From the NCBI GenBank assembly GCA_001780165.1, contig MFFQ01000124.1, positions 2,825-66,824 on the forward strand: DNA of 64,000 nt, given 5' to 3'. This document shows positions 1-9,400 of the stretch, piece after piece (position 1 is the first letter of the stretch; each line of letters begins with the position of its first letter). The DNA comes from Candidatus Eisenbacteria bacterium RBG_16_71_46. GTDB lineage: Bacteria > Eisenbacteria > RBG-16-71-46. Below the pieces are notes generated by a model. It had not been told where the DNA came from. It saw only the letters and a program-made list of their open reading frames with translations, and made no database searches. The position numbers and the translations under genes are program-made.

Positions 1-90
1 CCAAGGTACTGGGGCGCACGCTGTAGACTCCGTTCGCAAACGCCCGCGGGCAAGGTGTCGCGGGGTTCGCTTCCATCGGGCGCCGTGCTT

Positions 91-450
91 GGCGGTCCTC
101 CGCGGGCGGGGACCTGCGCGCGGGCCGCTCGATCCGGCTCTGTGCCCGGCGGGCCTCCGCGGGCGGGGACCTGCGCGCGGGCCGCTCGGCTCCGCCATCC
201 TGGCTCCGCCTCGCTTATCCTCGACGCGCCCGCCATCCTGGCTCCTGCGCGTCTGCGGAGCCCGCGCTCCGGTCCCCGTCCGCTGCGGTCCGCTTGGCGT
301 GCGCGGTTCCTCGCCGCGCCCGCCGTCCCTGGCTCCTGCGCGTCTGCGGAGCCCGCGCTCCGGTCCCCGCCCGCTCTGGCCCGCTGGCTCGCGCTTGTCC
401 TCGGCGCGCCCGCCCTCTCCCTGGCTCCTGCGCGTCTGCCGAGCCCGCGC
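91..450. repeat. Composite GC-rich repeat array: two ~41-bp direct copies (57-bp period) followed by about 2.6 copies of a ~90-bp unit that carries the inverted core
   Basis: ggcgg(t/g)cctccgcgggcggggacctgcgcgcgggccgctcg at 91-131 and 148-188. cctggctcctgcgcgtctgc(g/c)gagcccgcgc recurs at about 237, 328 and 420 (units start near 218, 308, 398). Confidence 0.9.
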
Positions 451-453
451 GCC

Positions 454-482
454 TTGACACTCCGTGCGCCGTGCGGCTTAAT
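454..482 (+). promoter_or_regulatory. sigma70-type promoter for tRNA-Val/thrS
   Basis: TTGACA (454-459), 17-bp spacer, CTTAAT (477-482), 12 nt upstream of the tRNA. Confidence 0.55.
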
Positions 483-494
483 CGTTGGTTCCGT

Positions 495-570
495 GGGCGA
501 TTAGCTCAGCTGGTAGAGCACTTGCTCGACAAGCAAGGGGTCACTGGTTCAAGTCCAGTATCGCCCACCA
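495..570 (+). tRNA. tRNA-Val (anticodon GAC)
   Basis: Full cloverleaf: acceptor gggcgat/atcgccc, anticodon stem cttgc/gcaag with GAC at 528-530, T-loop ttcaagt, encoded CCA. Confidence 0.95.
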
Positions 571-649
571 TCTTGGCGGGGCGTGCACGCCGCAGGGCCC
601 GGGCGAGGGTCCGGCGCGCCGCCCCGCGTTCGCCGGAAGGAACTCCGCG

Positions 650-2428
650 ATGTCCATGGCTTCGGCGCCCGCCTCGGGCCCCGACGTGTCGCATTACCCC
701 GGGGGCGAGGAGCTCTACCGCCTGCGGCATTCGGCCGCCCACGTGCTCGCGACCGCGGTCACCGAGCTGTTCCCCGACGTCAAGGTCGCCGGCGGGCCGC
801 CGATCGAGAACGGCTTCTACTATGACTTCGCGCGCGAACAGCCGTTCACCCCCGAGGACCTGGTGCGCATCGAGGCGCGCATGCGCGAGATCATCGCCGC
901 GGACCAGCCCTTCGAGTACCAGGAGGCGACCCGCGCGCTGGCGCGCCAGCACTTCGAGGCCGAGGCGGAGAAGTACAAGCTCCACTTCCTCTCGCAGATT
1001 CCGGAGGGGGCCAAGGTCACCTACTACCGCAACGGTCCGTTTCTCGACCTCTGCCGCGGGCCGCACCTGGCGAGCACCGGGAAGATCCTGGCGTTCAAGC
1101 TCACCCACGTGGCGGGCGCCTATTGGCTCGGCAACGAGCGCAACGAGATGCTCCAGCGCATCTACGGCACCGCGTTCCCCACCCAGGAGGCGCTGGATCT
1201 CCACCTCAAGAACGTCGAGGAGGCGCTGCGCCGCGACCACCGCCGGCTGGGGCGCGAGCTGGACCTCTACTCGGTGCACGAGGAGGTGGGAGCGGGGCTG
1301 ATCCATTGGCACCCGAAGGGGGCGATGGTGCGCCACCTCATCGAGCAGCTGTGGAAGGACGAGCACCTCCGCCGCGGCTACCAGCTCGTCTACACCCCGC
1401 ACATCGCGAGCGAGAAGCTCTACGAGATCTCGGGACACCTCGAGAACTACGCGGATCTGATGTACGCGCCGATGGACATCGACGGCCAGCCCTACCGGGT
1501 GAAACCGATGAACTGCCCCGGGCACATCATGATCTACCGGAGTGGCAAGCGCTCGTACCGCGACCTGCCGCTGCGCTACGCCGAGCTGGGGACCGTGTAC
1601 CGCTACGAGCGCTCGGGCGTGCTGCACGGCATGGAGCGCGTGCGCGGCTTCACCCAGGACGACTCGCACATCTTCTGCACCCGCGAGCAGCTCGCCGACG
1701 AGGTCGCGGGCGTGCTCGACCTGATGGACTTCCTGCTGCGCACCTTCGGCTACCAGTACACCTGCTACCTCGCCACCCGGCCGAAGGAGAAGTACCTCGG
1801 CAGCGACGAGGAGTGGAGCTTCGCCACCGAGGCGCTGCGCCAGGCGCTCGACCGCCGCGGCCTGCCCTACCAGGTGGACGAGGGCGGCGGGGCGTTCTAC
1901 GCGCCCAAGATCGACGTCAAGCTGCGCGACGCGCTGGGTCGCGAGTGGCAGTGCCCGACCATCCAGGTGGACCTCAACCTGCCCAAGCGCTTCAACGTCG
2001 CCTACACCGGCACCGACGGGCAGGATCACGAGGTGGTGATGGTCCACCGCGCGCTCTACGGCTCGCTCGAGCGCTTCGTCGGCATCTACATCGAGCATTG
2101 CGGCGGGGAGTTCCCGGTGTGGGTGGCGCCGGTCCAGGTGATGGTGATCCCGGCGAACCCCAAGGCGCTCGACTACGCGGGCGCGACCGCGGCGCTGCTC
2201 GAGGCGGGAGGGGTGCGGGTCGAGGTGGACCTGCGCGACGAGAAGATGGGCGCCAAGATCCGCGACGCCGAGCTCGAGAAGATCCCCTACATGCTGGTGG
2301 TGGGACCGCGCGAGGCCGAGGCCGGCACCGTGGCCCCGCGGCGCAAGGGCGCGGGCCAGCTCGAGCCCATGACCCGCCAGGCATTCCTCGAGCGGGTGCA
2401 GCGCGAGACGCGGGAGCGGAGCGGCTGA
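650..2428 (+). CDS. thrS: Threonine--tRNA ligase (short form without the N-terminal TGS domain)
   Basis: Motifs RHSAAH, DLCRGPH, KPMNCPGH, AFYAPKID, HRALYGSLERF; ATG at 650 after GGAAGG. Confidence 0.97.
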   Translation: MSMASAPASGPDVSHYPGGEELYRLRHSAAHVLATAVTELFPDVKVAGGPPIENGFYYDFAREQPFTPEDLVRIEARMREIIAADQPFEYQEATRALARQHFEAEAEKYKLHFLSQIPEGAKVTYYRNGPFLDLCRGPHLASTGKILAFKLTHVAGAYWLGNERNEMLQRIYGTAFPTQEALDLHLKNVEEALRRDHRRLGRELDLYSVHEEVGAGLIHWHPKGAMVRHLIEQLWKDEHLRRGYQLVYTPHIASEKLYEISGHLENYADLMYAPMDIDGQPYRVKPMNCPGHIMIYRSGKRSYRDLPLRYAELGTVYRYERSGVLHGMERVRGFTQDDSHIFCTREQLADEVAGVLDLMDFLLRTFGYQYTCYLATRPKEKYLGSDEEWSFATEALRQALDRRGLPYQVDEGGGAFYAPKIDVKLRDALGREWQCPTIQVDLNLPKRFNVAYTGTDGQDHEVVMVHRALYGSLERFVGIYIEHCGGEFPVWVAPVQVMVIPANPKALDYAGATAALLEAGGVRVEVDLRDEKMGAKIRDAELEKIPYMLVVGPREAEAGTVAPRRKGAGQLEPMTRQAFLERVQRETRERSG

Positions 2429-2513
2429 GCGGCGGCGACCCCCGACCCACTCGGCCCCGTCGCCTGGCGGCGGCGGGGCCGAATCACGAGCGGCGGCGTC
2501 TTCCCACCAACGA

Positions 2514-2545
2514 TCCGGGCGGCGCATGGAGACGCGCCGCCCGGA
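2514..2545. terminator. GC-rich hairpin between the convergent thrS and beta-barrel genes
   Basis: 12-bp perfect stem tccgggcggcgc/gcgccgcccgga with an 8-nt loop; a second stem lies at 2451-2482. Confidence 0.5.
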
Positions 2546-2575
2546 ACTTGAAACTCTTATCGTCTGATCGAGCGC

Positions 2576-3244
2576 TTACTGGCTGCCGAAGGCGAAGGCC
2601 AGCCCCCAGGCGGCATCGAAGCTGCTCGGCCACCAGGTGATCTTGGCATTGCCCTTGTCCGCGCTCGAGGTCGCGTAGCCGAGGTTGTGCCCCACACGGC
2701 CGACGATGCTGACGTTGTCGGAGATCTTCATCATTCCTCCGACGCGGCCGGAGACCCCGAAGCGCGTCGTGCTCGAGCTCTCGTTCTCGACGGTCGGACC
2801 GCCGCCGCCCTCGAACTTCTCCTTGGCCTTGCCGGTGAAGAACTCGAGGCCCGGTCCGATGAACACCGTGAGCCGATCGCCCACCTGCCCGACGCGATCG
2901 CCGCCGACCCGCACCCGGAAGGAGGTGTGGCTGAACGTGTCCTCGGTGTCGGCGGCCGGATCATCCGGCTCCTGCTTGGCGCTGAAGAAGCCGACGCCGC
3001 CCGAGATGTTGAAAGCGTAGTCCTCCGAGAACATGTGCCAGACCTCGATCTGGCCACTGATCTCGGGTTCCGCGAATCCATTGATGTAGCTTGGCGTTGC
3101 GGTGGAAGGGACCGGATTGGTCAGATCGGCCGTTCCCTGTCCCAGCTCGATCGCGAAGATCGTCGTGCCCTTCTCCATGGCCGACGCTCCGGAAACCAAT
3201 GTCACCATGAGCAACGCAGCGAGTAGCAGCAGCGACTTCTTCAT
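2576..3244 (-). CDS. Outer-membrane beta-barrel protein (paralog 1)
   Basis: Signal peptide MKKSLLLLAALLMVTLVSGASA, alternating amphipathic strands, C-terminal WGLAFAFGSQ; AGGGAGG RBS. Confidence 0.8.
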   Translation of the reverse strand: MKKSLLLLAALLMVTLVSGASAMEKGTTIFAIELGQGTADLTNPVPSTATPSYINGFAEPEISGQIEVWHMFSEDYAFNISGGVGFFSAKQEPDDPAADTEDTFSHTSFRVRVGGDRVGQVGDRLTVFIGPGLEFFTGKAKEKFEGGGGPTVENESSSTTRFGVSGRVGGMMKISDNVSIVGRVGHNLGYATSSADKGNAKITWWPSSFDAAWGLAFAFGSQ

Positions 3245-3308
3245 GTCGATGTTCCTCCCTCTGTGTGTTCAGTGGACGGCCCCACGTGGCCGAAACGGGC
3301 TGAGGACC

Positions 3309-3974
3309 TCACTGCCCCCCGCCAAACTCGAATACCAGACCCAGTGCAGCATTGAAGTGACTCGGCCACCAGGTGGCCTTGGCGCCGTTTTCCTCGGCCG
3401 TGGCGTACCCCAGTTGGTGGCCGACTTGGCCCACCACCCCCACGGCGCTCGAGAGCGCTAGGATGCCGCCGACCCGCCCGGAGATGCTGATGCGAGAGGT
3501 TGTGGCACTCTTCACGTCGTCGTCGGGCGGGGTGGTGCCGTAGATGTTCTTGAACTCCGTCCGGCCCGACCAGTACTCGAGCCCCGGCCCCAGGAACACC
3601 GTCAGGCGATCGGAGACCCGCCCCAGCCGGTCCACGCCCGCGCGCACGCCGAACGACGATGACGTGTAATCCAGCGTCGGGCTCCCCGCGGCATCGGGCT
3701 CCTGGCTGGCGCTGAAAAAGCCGTAGGCGCCGCGCAGCGCGAGGGCCCAGTCCGGAGCGAACTCGAATGAGAACTCGGCGAACGCCTCGGTCTGGCTCGG
3801 ATCGTCACCCGTGTCCACGGTCAAGGCGCCGGTGCCCGGCCGCGGATTCACGAAGTCCCCGACCCCCTGGCCGATGCCGACCGCCAGGCGCGAGGTCCCC
3901 TTCTCGGCCGCCGAGGGCGTGGGTAGGGCGGCAAGGGCCGCCAGCGCCACAAGCATCATCGTTGCTGCACGCAT
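3309..3974 (-). CDS. Outer-membrane beta-barrel protein (paralog 2)
   Basis: Signal peptide; shares EKGT..GQG..D..NP, DRLTVF.GPGLE and TWWPS.F.AA.GL.F.FG with the 2576-3244 gene. Confidence 0.8.
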   Translation of the reverse strand: MRAATMMLVALAALAALPTPSAAEKGTSRLAVGIGQGVGDFVNPRPGTGALTVDTGDDPSQTEAFAEFSFEFAPDWALALRGAYGFFSASQEPDAAGSPTLDYTSSSFGVRAGVDRLGRVSDRLTVFLGPGLEYWSGRTEFKNIYGTTPPDDDVKSATTSRISISGRVGGILALSSAVGVVGQVGHQLGYATAEENGAKATWWPSHFNAALGLVFEFGGGQ

Positions 3975-4022
3975 GGCTCTCTCCGTAAGTTTGCTGTCGC
4001 CGTCGATCGGACGAGGCGAGGC

Positions 4023-4051
4023 AGACTAGGAACTACGGTCGCCCTTGTCAA
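4023..4051 (-). promoter_or_regulatory. sigma70-type promoter for the beta-barrel pair
   Basis: On the - strand: TTGACA (4051-4046), 17 bp, TAGTCT (4028-4023). Confidence 0.65.
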
Positions 4052-4225
4052 CAGTCTCAACGGCCCCGGGAGGAGGGGGGCGCGCGGCGGTTCCAGGTAC
4101 GGCCCGGACCGGTCCCGGCGCCCGCGAGCCGCCCGGCGCTTGCGGGCCACCGGGCAGCCGCGAGCCGCTCGCCGGGTAGCCCGCGAGCGACCCGGCGCCC
4201 GCAGCCCGCCCGGCGAGAATCGCCC

Positions 4226-4254
4226 TTGCGCGTTCCGGCAGGGGCGGTTAGACT
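4226..4254 (+). promoter_or_regulatory. sigma70-type promoter for the infC operon
   Basis: TTGCGC (4226-4231), 17 bp, TAGACT (4249-4254). Confidence 0.55.
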
Positions 4255-4264
4255 GCCGCGCGTC

Positions 4265-4420
4265 ACATCAAGCAGAAGCCCCGCGCTTCTCACCCCCGCG
4301 GGCCACAGGGGCCCCGCTCAAGGGTTTAGACTGCGACCGCCGTCGCGATCCCGGACGGCGCGCGACCGGCCAAACGCCGGGCGGGGCCTCTGCCTCACGA
4401 GATCCCGCCCGGCGTTCCTG
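4265..4420 (+). ncRNA. L20-leader-like cis-regulatory RNA upstream of infC-rpmI-rplT
   Basis: AAGCAGAAGCcccgcGCTTCTCACC hairpin resembles the Firmicutes L20 leader motif as I recall it; loop ccccgc can pair with gcgggg (4381-4386); alternative 13-bp stem 4373-4385/4404-4416. Confidence 0.6.
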
Positions 4421-4470
4421 CGTTCGGGTCGGGCCGTTGCGTCACGGCACCGCGAAAGGAGGACATCCCT

Positions 4471-5178
4471 ATTCCCCCTATCAAGCAGCCGGAAGTCCGT
4501 GTGAACGATCGTATTCGCGTCCCGCAGGTCCGGGTGATCGGCGATGACGGATCGCAGATCGGGGTGCTGCCGGTGCGCGAGGCCCTCGCGATGGCGCAGT
4601 CGAAGGCGCTCGACTTGGTCGAGGTTTCGCCCACGGCGCGCCCCCCCGTGTGCCGGATCATGGACTACGGAAAGTTCAAGTACGAGCAGAACCGACGCAA
4701 TCGCAAAGCCAAGAAGAAGCAGCATCAGATGCAGCTCAAGGAGATCAAGCTGCGACCCAAGATCGAAGGGCACGACTACGGCTTCAAGGTCCAGCACGCG
4801 CGCGACTTCCTGACCTCGCGCGACAAGGTGAAGATCACGGTGACGTTCCGCGGGCGCGAGATGGCGCACCAGGACATCGGCCATCGGCTCATCCAGAAGG
4901 TGATCGCCGATCTCGCCGACGTCTCGACCGTGGAATCGTCGCCGCGCTCCGAGGGACGCACCCTCAACGCCGTGCTGATGCCGAAGCCGCCCAAGCCGGG
5001 CGGCAAGAGCGAGCATCGAGAGAGCGCAGGATCCTCCGGCGCGAAGTCGCCGGCCCCCAAGTCCGGCGCCAAGTCGCCGGCCCCCAAGTCCGGCGCGAAG
5101 CCGTCGGCCTCCCAGCCCGGCGCGGATTCGCCGGCCCCTCAGCCCGGCGCGCAGGCGCAAGCCGGCAGCAAGGAGTAG
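4471..5178 (+). CDS. infC: Translation initiation factor IF-3 with ATT start and repetitive C-terminal tail
   Basis: N.RIR.PQVRVI, PPVCRIMDYGKFKYE and KEIKLRPKI motifs; in-frame ATT at 4471, 8 nt after AAGGAGG (the ORF track gives GTG 4501). Confidence 0.95.
   Translation: MPPIKQPEVRVNDRIRVPQVRVIGDDGSQIGVLPVREALAMAQSKALDLVEVSPTARPPVCRIMDYGKFKYEQNRRNRKAKKKQHQMQLKEIKLRPKIEGHDYGFKVQHARDFLTSRDKVKITVTFRGREMAHQDIGHRLIQKVIADLADVSTVESSPRSEGRTLNAVLMPKPPKPGGKSEHRESAGSSGAKSPAPKSGAKSPAPKSGAKPSASQPGADSPAPQPGAQAQAGSKE
5035..5151 (+). repeat. 27-bp coding tandem repeat (about 4.3 copies; SGAKSPAPK-like units) in infC
   Basis: Units start at 5035, 5062, 5089, 5116 and 5143, consensus tccggcgcgaagtcgccggcccccaag. 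Confidence 0.9.
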
Positions 5179-5184
5179 CCACTC

Positions 5185-5382
5185 ATGCCCAAGCAGAAGA
5201 CCAATCGTGCCGCGGCCAAGCGCTTCACGCTCACCGGCACCGGCAAGCCCAAGCGCGCGCGCTCCGGCGTGCGCCACGGCATGATCGGCAAGCCCCGCGA
5301 TCGCAAGCGTCACCTCACCGGCACGGTCCTGGTGGCCGACGTCGACGCGCCGCGGGTCCTGCGACTGCTCGGAAAGCGTTGA
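5185..5382 (+). CDS. rpmI: 50S ribosomal protein L35
   Basis: MPKQKTNRAAAKRFTLTGTGK; follows infC. Confidence 0.96.
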   Translation: MPKQKTNRAAAKRFTLTGTGKPKRARSGVRHGMIGKPRDRKRHLTGTVLVADVDAPRVLRLLGKR

Positions 5383-5453
5383 CCCGAACGACCACGCAAC
5401 GCTCCGCCCGCGGCCCCCGGCCGCAACGACCGCGGAGCAGGAGGTAGAGCCCC

Positions 5454-5810
5454 ATGCCACGCGCAAAGACCGTCGTTCCGGGACGTGCCCGGCGGCGCAA
5501 AGTCCTCAAGGCCGCCAAGGGCGGCTTCAGCGGCCGCCGCAAGCTGTACAAGACCGCCATCCAGACCGTGCAGCGGGCCGGTCAGTTCGCCTACGAGCAC
5601 CGGCGGACCCGCAAGCGGGACTTCCGCCGCCTGTGGATCACCCGCATCAACGCCGCCGCCCGCATCAACGGCATGTCCTACAGCACGCTGATCTCGGGCC
5701 TCAAGAAGGCGAACGTGGACGTGAACCGCAAGCTGCTCGCCGACATGGCGGTCCGCGATGCCGCGGCGTTCGCGAAGATCGCGGAGGTGGCGAAGTCGGC
5801 GGTCGCGTGA
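5454..5810 (+). CDS. rplT: 50S ribosomal protein L20
   Basis: MPRAK..., [26 protein letters not shown]. Confidence 0.98.
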   Translation: MPRAKTVVPGRARRRKVLKAAKGGFSGRRKLYKTAIQTVQRAGQFAYEHRRTRKRDFRRLWITRINAAARINGMSYSTLISGLKKANVDVNRKLLADMAVRDAAAFAKIAEVAKSAVA

Positions 5811-6979
5811 CCGCGGACCGGCAGCCGCATCCGCTCGCGGCGGGGCTGCTGCCCGCGAACTGGGACGAGGGCACCCCCGATCCCGGGCGCCTGGCGCCCG
5901 AGCACGCGGCCCACGTCGGGGAGCTGCAGCGCGCCGGCGCCGACCTCGCCGCGTTCTTCGCCCGGGCGGCCAACGGGCTCGCGGCAGCCGCCGACCTCCC
6001 GGAGTTGGACGAGCGCCATACCACGTTGCTCGGTCGCGAGCGCGGCCACGTCACGCTCGCGCTCGGCGACCTGCCGCACGTGCCGCTCGAGGAGCGCAAG
6101 CGGCTCGGGCGGGCCTACAACCTGGCGAAGCGCTGGCTCGGCGAGCTCGAGGCGGCCCAGCGCCGCGCGCTCGAGCAAGAACGCGAAGCCCGCGGCGCCG
6201 GGATGCTCGATGTCACGCTCCCGGGCCGGCGACCGTGGGTCGGCCACCGCCACGTGCTGGCGCAGATCCGCGAGGAGCTCCTCGACCTGTTCCACGGACT
6301 GGGCTACTCGGTCTACACCAGTCCCGAGGTCGAGCACGAGGCCTACAACTTCGGCAAGCTCAACTTCCCGCCCGATCACCCGGCGCGCGACGCGCACGAC
6401 ACCTACTTCGTGAGCGACACGCGGCTGCTGCGCACCCACACCTCGCCGGGCTGGGTGCGGGCGATGGAGGAGCGCCGCCCGCCGCTGCGCCTGGTGTTCC
6501 CGGGGCGCGTCTACCGCGCCGAGCAGGTGGACGCCTCGCATATGGACCAGTTCCACCAGGTGGACGGCCTGTTCGTGGCGCGAGACGTCAGCATGGCGGA
6601 CCTCAAGGGCACGCTCAACACCTTCGCGCGCTCGATCCTCGGCGCGGGAGTGCGCACGCGGATGATTCCGATCTACTTTCCGTTCGTCGAACCCGGCGCC
6701 CAGCTCGACGCCTCGTGCGTGAACTGCGCGGGGGAGGGGCGGACGCGGGGGCCCGACGGCGAGCGCCGCTGCGCGGTGTGCAAGGGTTCGGGCTGGCTCG
6801 AGCTGCTCGGCGCGGGCATGGTGCATCCGAACGTATTCCGCGCCGTGGGCTACGACCCCGAGGAGGTCACCGGCTTCGCCTTCGGCATGGGGCTCGAGCG
6901 CATCGCGATGGTGCGTCACGGCATCCCCGAGATCCGGCTGTTCCTCGAAAACGACATGCGGTTCCTGAGCCAGTTCTGA
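5807..6979 (+). CDS. pheS: Phenylalanine--tRNA ligase alpha subunit
   Basis: [44 protein letters not shown]; GTG overlaps the rplT stop. Confidence 0.96.
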   Translation: MTADRQPHPLAAGLLPANWDEGTPDPGRLAPEHAAHVGELQRAGADLAAFFARAANGLAAAADLPELDERHTTLLGRERGHVTLALGDLPHVPLEERKRLGRAYNLAKRWLGELEAAQRRALEQEREARGAGMLDVTLPGRRPWVGHRHVLAQIREELLDLFHGLGYSVYTSPEVEHEAYNFGKLNFPPDHPARDAHDTYFVSDTRLLRTHTSPGWVRAMEERRPPLRLVFPGRVYRAEQVDASHMDQFHQVDGLFVARDVSMADLKGTLNTFARSILGAGVRTRMIPIYFPFVEPGAQLDASCVNCAGEGRTRGPDGERRCAVCKGSGWLELLGAGMVHPNVFRAVGYDPEEVTGFAFGMGLERIAMVRHGIPEIRLFLENDMRFLSQF

Positions 6980-6986
6980 GGACGCG

Positions 6987-9400
6987 ATGAAGCTGCCGAT
7001 CTCCTGGCTGCGCGAGTGGATCGAGTTCGACGCCACACCCGAGCGGGTGGCCGAGGCGCTCACTTGGCGCGGCTTCTACGTCGAGGGCATCGAGACCCAC
7101 GGGCGCGCGTTCCCGGGGGTGGTGGTGGCGCGGGTGCTCGAGGTCGCGCGCCATCCCAACGCCGACCGCCTCTCGCTCTGTCGCGTCGACGGCGGCGCCG
7201 GCGAGCTGCGCGTCGTGTGCGGCGCGCCCAACGTGCGCGCGGGGATGATCGTGCCGCTCGCCACGGTGGGCGCGACCCTCCCGGGCGGCACGGTCATCCG
7301 CGCGAGCAAGATCCGCGGCGAGGAGAGCCAGGGCATGCTGTGCTCGGCCCGCGAGCTGGAGCTGGCGGACGACCACGAGGGGATCGTGGACCTCGAGCGC
7401 TTCCTCGACGGCGACGCCGGCTTCACGCTCGGGCGTCCGCTCGACGAGGTGCTGGGTCCGCCGGAGACCGTGCTCGAGGTCGAGATCCCCTTCAACCGGC
7501 CCGACGGCCTGGGCGTGGTCGGACTGGCGCGCGAGGTGCGGGCCGCACTCGGCGGCCGCTGGACCGCGGCCGGCTCCCGGCGCCTCGCCGCGCGCTGGAG
7601 CGGTGGCGACGACTTCGATCTCGAGATCGAGGATCGCGAGGGCTGCCCGCGCTACATCGCCCAGGCGGTCGAAGGGCTCGCGATCGCGCCGTCGCCGCTG
7701 TGGCTGCGCCGCCGCATCGAGGCCGTGGGCCAGCGCCCGATCAACAACGTCGTGGATGCCACCAACCTGGTGCTGTTCGAGCTCGGCCAGCCGCTGCACG
7801 CCTTCGACCTCGACCGGATCGAGGGGCCGGCGATCCGCGTGCGGCGCGCGCGCGCGGGGGAGAAGATCGTGACCCTCGATGACCGCGAGCGAGCGCTCGA
7901 CCCCGAGGTGTTGGTGATCGCCGACCGCGCGCGCCCGGTGGCGGTTGCCGGGGTGATGGGCGGCGCCGGGTCCGAGGTCGGCGCGGGCACCACCCGGCTG
8001 CTGCTCGAGTGCGCCGGGTTCGACCCGGTGCGCATCCGGCGCGGCGCGAAGGCGCTCGGGCTTTCGACCGAAGCCTCCAAGCGCTACGAGCGCGGCGTGG
8101 ACCCGGGGCTGGGGCCGGCGGCGGCGGCGCGGTTCCTCGAGGTGCTGGCGGCGATCGCCCCCGGGATCCGCCGCGGCGCGGCGCGGGATCGCGAGACGGC
8201 GACGCGGCCCCGCGCAGGCTGCGGCTCAGGCCCGCGCGTTGCACGCGGCTGATCGGCCTGCCGTTCGAGCCGGCGGTGGCGGCCGCGCACCTGCGGGAAT
8301 TCGAATTCGAGGTGGCGGAGGGCGAGACGCTCGAGGTCACGGTGCCGTCGTGGCGGGTGGACGTCACCCTCGAGGATGACTTGGTGGAGGAGGTGGCACG
8401 CGCCCACGGCTACGACCGCATCCCGGACGCACCCCTCGAGACCCGCGGGGTCTACGCGGTGCGCGGGGAGGGCGAGCGGCTCCTCGCCCGCGCGCGCGAG
8501 GCGATGCGGGCCCGGGGATTGAGCGAGGCCTGGACCAGCAGCCTGCTGTCCGGGCGCGAGGCGGGCGACGCGGCGCGCCTGCTGGGCCAGGACGAGACCC
8601 GTTTGGTGCGCCTGCGCAATCCGATGAGCCGCGAGGGCGAGGTGCTGCGGCCGAACCCGGTGGCCGGGCTGCTGCGCGCCTGCGCGCACAATCTGCGCCT
8701 GGGCCAAGGCGCGGTGCGCCTGTTCGAGATCGGAACCGGCTTCCTGGCCCGCGGGGACGACCTCCCCGAAGAAACGGCGATGCTCGCCGCGCTGGTGGCG
8801 GGCCCACGCTACGCGCATGCTCACGACGCCGCGCAGCAGGAGGTGGACTTCGCCGATGCGCGCGGACTGTGGGACGCCTGGCTGCTGGAGATGAACGTTG
8901 ACACCCCCGAGTGGCGGGCCTATTCTGGCGCCGGATGGAAACCCGGTGCCAGTGCGGAAGTTGCAGCAACTACTTCGCGCATTGGATGGGCCGGCACGCT
9001 GGGCCAGCCGTTGCTCGGGGCGTGGGACATCGAGGTCCCGGTTCACCTCTTCGTGGTGCTCCTCGACGCGTTGTCCGCCCCCGCGGCGCCTTCCGCGCTC
9101 GTCCTCCCGGGTCGATTCCCGCCGGCGCGCCGGGATCTGGCATTCTTCGTGCCTGAGTCGACGACCCACCGGCAGCTCGAGCGCACCCTTGCCGGGGCGG
9201 CCGGCACGTGGCTGAGCTCGATCGAGTTGTTCGATGTGTACGCTGGCCCCGGAACGCCGCAGGGCATGAAGAGCCTGGCGTTCGCGCTCCAGTTCCAGCA
9301 TCCGGAGCGCACGCTGACGGAGTCCGAGGTCCAGGCCATTCAGGACCAAATGGTAGCGGCGGTCGCGAAGGACTGTGGCGGCCGATTGAGAGAGCGATGA
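6987..9400 (+). CDS. pheT: Phenylalanine--tRNA ligase beta subunit, split by one frameshift near 8180-8210
   Basis: N-half in ORF 6987-8252 (HPNADRL, RPINNVVDATN, STEASKRYERGVD). C-half in ORF 8009-9400 (VPSWRVDV..EDDLVEEVAR.HGYD, FPPARRDLAF, KSLAF..ERTLT). Confidence 0.92.

Noticed and set aside
218-450. Possible CRISPR array (conserved core with ~50-nt gaps)
   Set aside because: The gaps resemble each other, so this is a tandem repeat. There are only about 3 units, no AT-rich leader and no cas genes in the window.
485-649. N-terminal extension of ThrS in the ORF track
   Set aside because: It runs through the tRNA-Val gene; the RBS supports ATG 650. ThrS lacking the TGS domain is common.
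6700-6800. CxxC..CxxC insertion in PheS
   Set aside because: This Zn-finger-like insert is widespread in bacterial PheS.
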